Shown: positions 53,787 through 64,000 of the stretch, in pieces | Numbering within the stretch: position 1 is the stretch's first letter | Layout: the number at the start of each line of letters is the position of its first letter | Assembly: GCA_044892525.1 (NCBI GenBank) | Contig: CM097885.1 | Location: forward strand, 39,992,001 to 40,056,000 | Origin: Schmidtea polychroa | Lineage: Eukaryota | DNA: 64,000 nucleotides | Direction: 5' to 3' | The notes under the pieces: model-generated | The model's input: only the letters and a program-made list of their open reading frames with translations | What the model was told of the DNA's origin: nothing | Databases searched by the model: none | Translations under genes and position numbers: made by a program

Positions 53787-56700
53787 AGTGAATAAATTTT
53801 TATTCTCTATCTAATATTAATGATTATTTTTTAGTGAACGGATGCAGTTTATATAAATTTTGTATTGCCGAAAGTCATGAAGATGTGGAGAACTGTAAAT
53901 CAGTTACATCATCATATTTCAAGATAAATGACTCTACCTTATCGGGTTACATATGTCCGGAATGTCTCATTATAACACCAGGTAGGTGGTTAATGTTTGT
54001 ACGACAACACGGACACCATCTTAGAAGATTCGAAGAAACGAAGAGCAGGATGATCACTAAAAGTAATACTCTTTCTACTATTAACAATTATTAATTTTTT
54101 ATAGTACAATCGAAAATGAATACATCATACGATCCTAAGGAGATTAAAGAATATGTTACAAGTTATGTTATTTAAGTTGTTTAATATTAATTATAAATAT
54201 AGTTAGACAAAACTCTGGCACCACAAAACGAAAGTCAATATTTTACGGAAATGGAGACTCTAACATACAATTGTGTCCACGTCGGGAGTCTGACTTAAAC
54301 GGTTCTCGTGTTGAATTGACAAGCGATGTATCTGCAATTAATTCTCCTGACATTGTTGTTCCAGATTGTCTCATCAAAGAAATAGAAGATCATATTCAAC
54401 GAATGGGGACAGTAAAAATCCAATTTGGACTTTGTGCAGAGTTTATCAAAGAGGATGGTGAAATTAAAAAATGGTGTTTGTCGAATAAAGCAATTACAAT
54501 GTCATCTTCATTTATTAATGATGGAATTGAAAAATTAAAAGAAAAGTTGGAGAAATACACTCAACAAAGTAGTGGGTGGAGAATTCATAAAATATTAGAA
54601 GTTACTATGATTTTAACTAAATTATCAGACATAATACATGTATCTGGTAAGATTATTTACATTATTATATATATAAATCAAGAGATTACTTAGGTTCAAG
54701 TTACATTAAAACGCCAAATTACCTGAAAAACTGCCAGGCTTTAGTTAATGTTCAAAATAATGATCAATTCTGCTTTTTATATAGCATACTGGCCGTATTA
54801 CATTATGATGACATAAAACATCACAGAGAAAGAGTAATGAAATATAATTTAAGTGGTAATATATATTTATATCATTCTAAAAATATATATATTTAGAGTT
54901 AAAATGGAAATCAGATTGGTTTCCAATGAAGTTGGTTAACATTTGCCAATTTGAGGCAATGAATCCTAATCTAGCGATCAATGTTCTCAAATATAATAAA
55001 GATCCAATTAAACAAAAAACTAATGATATTTTCAAGAATCCGTTCGTTGACTTGGTATATAGAAGTACTTCGACGGGATGTCAATTATATCTCTTATTGA
55101 TTGAAGAAGGTAATATTTCTTTTAATCATTAAAAATATTAACTAAATTTTAGAATTAAATTATCATTTTTTGGCTGTAACTAATCTCGATCGACTGCTCA
55201 ATTACAGAGATAGAGTAGAAGGAGTCAGAATCCAATCACATTGGTGTCATACGTGTCTTCATGGGTTTCAAAAACGTCCTGCTTTTGAAAGACATATAGG
55301 TCTTTGTAGGAAGAATGTGGAGCGGACGACTCTATACTCAATGCCAGAGAATAAATATATCGAATTTAAAGACTGGAGTAAAACTATAAAACAGCAGTTT
55401 GTTGTCTACGCGGACTTTGAATCAATATTACCTCTAGATGACAAGCACTTCCAAAAACATGAGCCGATTGCATCTGAATTTGTGCTTCTTCATCAAGGTT
55501 GTCCGATTCGAAATGAAACATTTGTTGGGAAAAACTGTATCATTCAGTTTATACAAGCATTGGATGATATAGCTACAGACATAGTTTATCCGTGGTATAA
55601 AATTAATGGATCGAAGGAAATGATGGAACTCACTTGGGAACAGCAGGAAGAATTCACGACTCAAACTCATTGCTACCTTTGTAAAAAGATTATCAATATA
55701 CCTGTTCGAGATCATGATCATTTTACTGGTCAATATCTCGGAGCAGCGTGTCAAGATTGTAATTTGGCTAGAAGAATCAATCCGTCTTTACCTGTTGTAT
55801 TTCATAATCTTCGTGGATATGACATTCATCATATATTAAAATATGCAATTGGAAAATTCCCCGATTGGAATTTAATTGTTATTCCTCAATCAACAGAAAA
55901 GTTTCTCACACTTACAGCGACATCGAAAGGCAGAAGAATTAGATTCATTGATTCTTTACAATTTTTAAATAGCAGCTTGGCAAATTTATCAAAAAACTTG
56001 CCACGTCTTCCACTTACTTCAAAGATTTTCAATTCGCATTTAATAACTGGTAAAGGCATATTTCCTTATGATATGGCTACATCAATGGATGTTTTACAGT
56101 CAATAACAGAATTACCACCGATTTGGGAGGGAGTTAGTCAAGAAGATTATATACATGCAAATCGAATCTGGCGACAATACAACTGTGAGACACTGCTAGA
56201 TTACATGCTAGTATATCTCAAGTTGGATGTTTTTCTGTTGGCCGATGTTTTTGAAGCTTTCAGAGAAAAAACATTTGACGAAGATGGACTTGAGGCTCTA
56301 TCGTTTGTTTCCATACCCGGATTAAGTTGGGCATCAGCTATTAAACAGTTACCTGAACCAGTAGAACTTATTCAAGATCCAGAGCTTTACCGTTTATTTG
56401 AAGCTGGTATTCGTGGTGGAATGACATTTATCAACAAACATCATGTTGAAGCTGATGAATCAACACAAATGTCATACCTAGATGTTAATAATTTATATGG
56501 ATGGGCGCTGTCGCAAAAACTTCCTGTTGGTGAATTTAGATGGATAAATGATCAGACTGAAATGAATGGTATTGTTGAAAGATGTGCAAATGGGGATAAG
56601 TTTGATGGAGATCTTGGATATGTTCTAGAGGTTGACATCGTCATTCCTGATAGTATACAAGATAAACTAGATGATTTACCTATAGCTCCTGAGCTTTGTT

Positions 56701-57758
56701 ATCCACCTGGTAGTAAAGTTGAAAAGCTGTTGTTAACTCATGAGCCTAAGAAAAACTATGTAGTTAATGGTAGAGTTTTGACAGAGTGGTTGAGTTACGG
56801 CGCAAAAGTCACAAAAGTTAATCGTGCTGTAGAATTCAAGCAAGTGGCTATTTTCAAAGGCTATATTGATTACAATACCAAAATGAGAGCAGCTAGTACA
56901 GATTCGTTTCAGCGAGATTATTATAAGTTAAAGAACAACAGTTTATACGGTAAAACTGTGGAAAACTTGAAGAAACGTATAAATTTGAGATTATGCAGCA
57001 AAAGCAAAAGATTGATAACTTATTGTAGTAATCCTATGTTTCGTCGTAGCATCAAGATTGCGGGTGATCTCATTGCTGTTATACTCAATAAGGAAATTGT
57101 GTGTTTAGATAGACCAATGTATATTGGACAAACCGTACTTGATTTATCCAAACTTCGCATGTACCAGTTTCAATATAAAGAACTACAGAGTTATAGAGAA
57201 GAATTCAATTGTCAAATTAATATCGTAGCCGGTGACACAGATTCCTTCTTTTTAGAGTGTAAAAATGTAGATTTACGCTTACAACTATATCCAAAAATGA
57301 TTGCCGATGGGCTCCTAGATACTTCAAATTATCCAGTGACTGATCCATTGTTCTCAGATAAAATTTGTTCGGTAATCGGGAAATTCAAGGATGAGAATAA
57401 AGGAAATCAATATAAAGAATGGGTGTTTCTTCGACCCAAGTGCTACTCACTCCAAGGCGATAAAAACACTCTAAAAGCCAAAGGAATAAGACTTACAAAC
57501 TCTAATCTTACACATGAAGCCTATAAAAAAGTGTATACTGATGGTGGAACAGTGAGCATCCCACAAAAAAGAATAGGAAGTGTCAATCATCAGTTGTATA
57601 CTTTCATGACAGAAAAACGAGCTCTCCAATGTTTGGACGATAAAAGGTATTGGTACAATTGTAATGAAAGTTATGCCTACGGTCACTATAAGATTCGCCA
57701 AATGCATATTGCAACTGCTATGTCTAGAAATGAATGCAAATCGAAACAAGCACTTTAA
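53787..57758 (+). CDS. polB: Protein-primed family B DNA polymerase, right copy; predicted exons 53787, 53835-54062, 54105-54161, 54203-54646, 54694-54855, 54897-55109, 55153-57758 (1236 aa)
   Basis: Exonuclease motifs YADFES, FHNLRGYD, YLKLDV; polymerase motifs YLDVNNLYG, KLKNNSLYGK, GDTDS; endonuclease VII-like CYLC..RDHDHFTG..AACQDCN insert; Polinton-type N-terminus GSSYIKTP..VNVQNNDQFCFLYSI. AATAAA at 57778-57783. Confidence 0.93.
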
Positions 57759-60700
57759 CAATTAAATTTATGTGAATAATAAAATATATATTGTGAATTG
57801 TTTGACTTAGTTAATTAAAATGTGTTTTATCATTTAATTATTCATTTGTCCAATTAATTTAGATAATTAGTTTCAAGTAAGAAATATTATTTTTGTGTTT
57901 ATTTTATTTATTTATTTATTTTTTCCGAAATATTAATATCCAGTTTATCTAAAATTAACTCAGCGTTTTATTTTATAATAAATTAAATAATTTCTAATTA
58001 AAATTTATTCAAATTGAATAATTACTAATTAAAATTTCATTCAAATTGAAATATTATCGTTATAATTTACCTCTTGTTAGAATATAATGTAAATGTAAAA
58101 TTAAAAAAAAAAAAAAAAAATAAAAAATAAAATAAAAAAAAAAAATAATAATAAATAAAATAATAAAATAATAAAATAATACTAAAATAAAAGCATAATA
58201 AAATAATTAATTAAGAAAATTAAAAAGAAAAAAAAAAAAAAATAAATAAATAGAAGTAATTAAATAAAATTAAAAAATAAATAAATTAATTAAAAAAAAA
58301 AAAAAAAAAAAAAAAATTAAAAAGAAGTAATTAAATAAAATGTTAATTAAAAAAAAAAATGATTCGATTGACCTATATTTGATCTGGACATTGGGATGAC
58401 CTTGAAAGTGTCCTGGAGTCCTTACTATTCACTACTCAGCAAGATTTGCATAATAAGTTTGCAATTTCTTCAAATAATGCTTTATAGAAGGTAAATAAAT
58501 TTTGAGCTTTAAAATTCAGAAAATTTTGAAATATTCATGAAAATATTGCCAACTTGGACAATTTTCTATAGTGCATATTCGTTATCCAAGGGCATTCTGA
58601 TCAGATCTAAATTTAGAAAAGGTTCTTCAACGTTTCAATGATCCATTAGCGATCAAAACAACTCAATTAAATGCCATTTGAATTTCAAAAAACAGAAATT
58701 TCATTTAAATTCTCACAAAATTATAAATTTATTAATTAAAACTATTTTATGATTAAAACAAGAATAACCAAATTTTTATTTGTCAAATAAAATAAACTGT
58801 AATAATTATATTTTTCCAATTGGGTTTCATTTTCTTTTTATTTATTTATTGTTTATTAATTGTTTATTTTACCCCAAAAGATCACAGTTTATTAAAACAA
58901 AATCCATAATTAATTACTAAAATTTCACTGTTTGTCAGAATTGTATTTATATTTACATTTCCATATGCAAAACATTATTTCTCAAATCCAAAAGTCTTAG
59001 AAATTGTGGAATTACTTTGTTGATTCTGCGATGACAATTCAATGAGAATGCAACCGATGCAATTGAATGATATGTTGTTGAATGTCACTTTTCAATAAGA
59101 AAATGTAATTTAGAAATTGAGATTATTAAAAAAGAAAAATAGTTTTACTAATCCTCTAAGTGGTTTATTTGGAGGGCAAACTTTCCCTGAGGTTAATGTT
59201 ACGTTTGCATGCTTATAAAAAGTTATAAATGAAATATTTCGATCTAAAATAGGTCCTAATCATACCAATACGAAACTTAACATGTCATTCTCCTTCTGTT
59301 TTCCTTACTTCTTTCCGATAGAGAGACAGAGAGAGAGAGAGAAATTTGTTAAGTTTCGCATAAAAGTGAATAAGACATATTTAGGTCGAAATATATCATT
59401 TAAGAAACACTTCAGAAATGGCTTTACTATTTATTTATTTGAATTATCTAATATATAAAGATGACAGTTTGTTTTCTATAGAATTCCCCACCGTTGGAGC
59501 TAAGATGCGGAAATTTTGCATGTGGCCCTCATTTCACTCGGGACAGGTCATAGGCTATGTTTCACCCCCAGATGACCACCACTAGGGTACCTTTAGTCGG
59601 TTTTTTGTCTGTCTGGTCAGCAATTTACCATATAAATAATAATTTATTGTGTGCTTGCTACTTGCAGTTGAAAGTAATATAATTTAGTCAAAAGTTTTCA
59701 AAGCAGAATTCAAACATGGATAATTTGAATTTTATTTGGTTAGTGAACCAGTTTGCAATTGGTAAAATATTGCCAGTTATTTTTCGATTTAATTTGGAGT
59801 GCGTTTTCGATTTTACAAATTCAAATTTATTTTGAAAGCTTTCTTATTGTGAATTAAACATGGAATTGAAACTGTTATAAAATTAATGCTGGAACGTAAT
59901 AACATCATTAAACAAAAAATTAATTTAAATGAATTATTATAATAAATGTAAACTCGGGCGAAGCCGGGTACAACAGCTAGTACTTTTATAAATGAATCCA
60001 CTATCGACAAGTATTTTTAGAATTTGTATATTGAAATAAATCTTATTTTCCAGGTTTATTTAAGATAAGCTTTAAAATGTTACGTGTGATACCAGTGACG
60101 CATTGACAGCGTAATAAAACGCAATGGATGTATTAAGCATGACGTGTTCTAACGAGCTTCGGAATAAGGATGCAACCTTTATTAGAAAAATCAAGTGAAA
60201 TATAAATGTTTTTTATATGAAAAATATGAAGTAGGAAAAATTCTATGACCAAGTTATATAGGCTAAATGATTTCTTGCTCATCTGTGGTCCAATTTCACA
60301 TATTCCGGAATTACAGAAAAGATAAAATCTCATAAGTAATACATTTATTGAATGATAAAGGTATATAGTTTGAGGTATCTATTGCTAAGTAATACGTTAG
60401 AAACAAACAAAAGAAGATAGCTATATGAATCAGACGTGGGTAGCGAAATTTTCACCCCCCCCGCGTTACTCTTGTTATTTACATCAAGTCATTTGCCCGG
60501 TAGAGGCAAGTTCTAACGATTTCCTATTGTTTTATAAATAATTTTGATTTTTAGAAAACTGTATGACTTATGCGTTCTTTAAATTTATCATTGAGCTTTA
60601 AAAGCGTTGGAGTCACATTTTGTCGGATAAAAAAATTCAGCAAAATTCAAAAACAATTATTTAAATTAGAATTTATAGCTTAAATTACTTTTGAAAATAT

Positions 60701-60871
60701 TTAAATTTGTTAAAATAATTAAAATTCTTTGGAGCATACGAAGTCAACAACAAGAAAAGAGGAAGAAAAAGAAAGACTTAATCAGAAAAATCAGCTAAAT
60801 TTCGTACTTAAGTGAATAGGATTCGTTAAAGGTGGAAAATTTTCAATTAATAAACACTGTAGAAAAAGATA

Positions 60872-61018
<147 letters not shown>

Positions 61019-62008
61019 TAAATTTCAATGCATTCATAGCATAGATTTTTAATCATTATACGTTAGTATTGTAGCAGAATAAGTCCCAGATTTATTAAAC
61101 ATTCAAAAAAAAGTTCCAGGAATTAATTTCATTTTCTCACATTCCAATAGAAACAAAATCAACTACATTTGACACGATATTTTTGCTAAGAATTTTTATT
61201 TTTATGAAACAGGAAATTTTCACCGTTAATGGATTCAGTGAGAGGAATTATGCAGCTGAAAGTCGAACCTTCGGAGTCAGGAGAATGGTATAAAATATAG
61301 TAATGTCAGTAATTAAATCTACCATTAATTATCATCGTTTTGATTTTTTGTTAGTAATATCTGCATATCTTTATGGCAGTCTAGTAACTACCATCATAAA
61401 AACAAACATGGGTTAATTCAAAAACCTTTCAATGAGATGAGTATTAGCTAATTGCCCCCGGAAATGCATTAAGATGAGTGTATGGTTAATGTGGCAGCAG
61501 CATAGAGTCTTGATGGATAGAGACTGACAAAGACAAATGTTGCCCAACCACCAGTAGTGGGCAATAGTTCAACAAAAGATTCATTATTACTTTCAATAGT
61601 ATTGTGATTTGTGAGAGTTGTTGGTTAAATATTTCTGGCTGGAAATTAATTGATGCTAAGTGGTCGTAAAATTTGATAGTATTAAACTTGCAATCATAAC
61701 AATAGGTGAACATGAGAGTACCTTTGTGTTTTTATTATTACAGAACATTTTCGGCTGGTTTCTTTTTCTGATGGTTTTTTGTGAAAATAGTCGCAATAAT
61801 AATAACAATAATAACTCTAATGGATAAAGTAATGGCTTAGTTTTCCGAAAATGATAAAAGATGAATTTGGATCGCAGAAATGGTTTTAGGAGTATAATGG
61901 GAATGAAAAAAATTATTAATTATTTTATAATTATTTTTATTCTTATCATATGAGATTATAGTTTTAGTAATATAAATATTTATTGATATTTACAAATATA
62001 ATAATAAT

Positions 62009-62057
<49 letters not shown>

Positions 62058-62063
<6 letters not shown>

Positions 62064-62263
62064 TGATAATTTAAGCCTTTTGCTGCAAATAATGTATTTA
62101 ATGAAAAAATTTTCGACTATAAGATAGTCCTTGTCAATCTCCTTGACAAGGACTATCTTATAGTCGAAAATCTTTTCATTAAATACATTATTTGCAGCAA
62201 AAGACTTAAATTATCATTTTATTGTTTTAAATAATAAATGCTGCTACCAAGAAATCATCATTT
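62058..62263. repeat. Foldback copy of a dispersed repeat embedded in (AAT)n; related copy at ~40902-41160
   Basis: Arms of ~80 bp (..GACTATAAGATAGTCCTTGTCAA-TCTCC-TTGACAAGGACTATCTTATAGTC..). The tail AAATGCTGCTACCAAGAAATCA is the reverse complement of sequence at ~40908-40929. Confidence 0.8.
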
Positions 62264-62265
62264 AA

Positions 62266-62980
<715 letters not shown>

Positions 62981-64000
62981 TAATTTTAATAAAGATTTTT
63001 TTGTTTCCTAATTTTAATTATTTTTAAATCACATTATATATTAATAATTAGTAATTATTATAAAACCAAAATAATAATATGGAAAAAGTAATTGAAAAAG
63101 ACTGGTAAGGTGAATTCAGCAGAATTATGCAATGACAACCAAATTGGTACAATAATTAGTACGAAAAAGTCCAGAACTCATCTTATTAATCAGTTAAAAC
63201 ATAGAATATGCACGAAAGAAAAATAAAATAAATCCATTACAGACAGGTTACAATAATCATAAACATTTATGTATAACCTTGATCTTCGTACTGTCCTGGA
63301 GCTAATGTATCGAATTTGTGATTTTTGATAGAAATACTTCGTTTTTTTCAATAAAATTTTAATCTATATAATGACACTTTATCTGAACACTTTCAACCAT
63401 TAGAAGTTCCCTAACAAAATACATTCCGAAACTACCCGAGTAAAAGGAAATGTTTAATGTGCTAATAGATCAAGAGCTGTATGTTTTGACTGCCTAAAGG
63501 GGACTTAGAAAATGTTTCAATCATCCTTTATGCGAAGAAAACTCGTTATAAGCTTTATATTTATATAATTTTATTCAAAAGCACATATACATTAAATACA
63601 AGTGTTATCATTTCTTACAAAAAATGAAAATTAAAAAATAAAAAAATTGTTTTTTACCGTCGATTACAGTCTCTCAATGTATGAAAATTATTTTTTTCAT
63701 CCCTTTATTTATGTTCTAAGGAAAATTTTCATAAGGTAATAAAAGTGTAAATATCAATTATACGAATGGTGCAATTATTTTAATAGATTTACAAAAATAT
63801 TTATTTTATTATTTCTATTTTATTTTTCAAAATTGATTTAACTGCTTTTGAAATAGTTGTAAGATTTTTAAAGTGATATTTTATGTGATTTCTAATAACA
63901 GAAACTCGACTCCATTTGCTGTCTGGTCACAAAGTTGCAGCGTTCCTATGTTGCCTATGAACACAGAGAGTGCCAAATAAACTCGAACTAGTCTGCCATT

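Larger units (their letters stand above)
44773..58436. mobile_element. Palindromic Polinton/Maverick-related element carrying two pPolB genes and no other recognisable gene
   Basis: Termini AGTAGT...ACTACT; direct repeat CAGCAA at 44767-44772 and 58437-58442; arms 44773-50604 and 52605-58436 are reverse complements (mirror coordinates sum to 103209). Confidence 0.95.

Noticed and set aside
44773..58436. Giant inverted duplication as a pure foldback read or assembly artefact
   Set aside because: The arms end exactly at element termini with a direct 6-bp TSD, flanks are unique, the centre is a non-mirrored 2 kb, and the arms differ by substitutions. Disfavoured, but read-level confirmation is still needed.

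Overview
AT-rich animal genomic DNA with very short introns and abundant (AAT)n microsatellites; a triclad flatworm is my guess from composition alone. One clear host gene is present, prospero/prox (minus strand, 33543-35468), plus exons of an unidentified gene. Most of the rest is transposon-derived: two Penelope-like elements with hammerhead-like motifs, an RLE-type non-LTR retrotransposon interrupted by a Gypsy element whose LTR is itself a long hairpin, and many MITEs or fragments (hAT, Tc1/mariner, MULE, piggyBac). The standout is a 13,664-bp element at 44773-58436 with Polinton/Maverick-type ends (AGTAGT...ACTACT, 6-bp target duplication CAGCAA). It is a giant palindrome: two 5.8-kb arms each carry an intact protein-primed family B DNA polymerase gene, arranged head to head around a 2-kb repeat core. 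No integrase, capsid, packaging ATPase or maturation protease gene is visible. The polymerase gene is predicted to have six tiny phase-1 GT-AG introns, the first of which splits the start codon (A|TG). All calls come from reading the sequence by eye; no searches or alignments were run.
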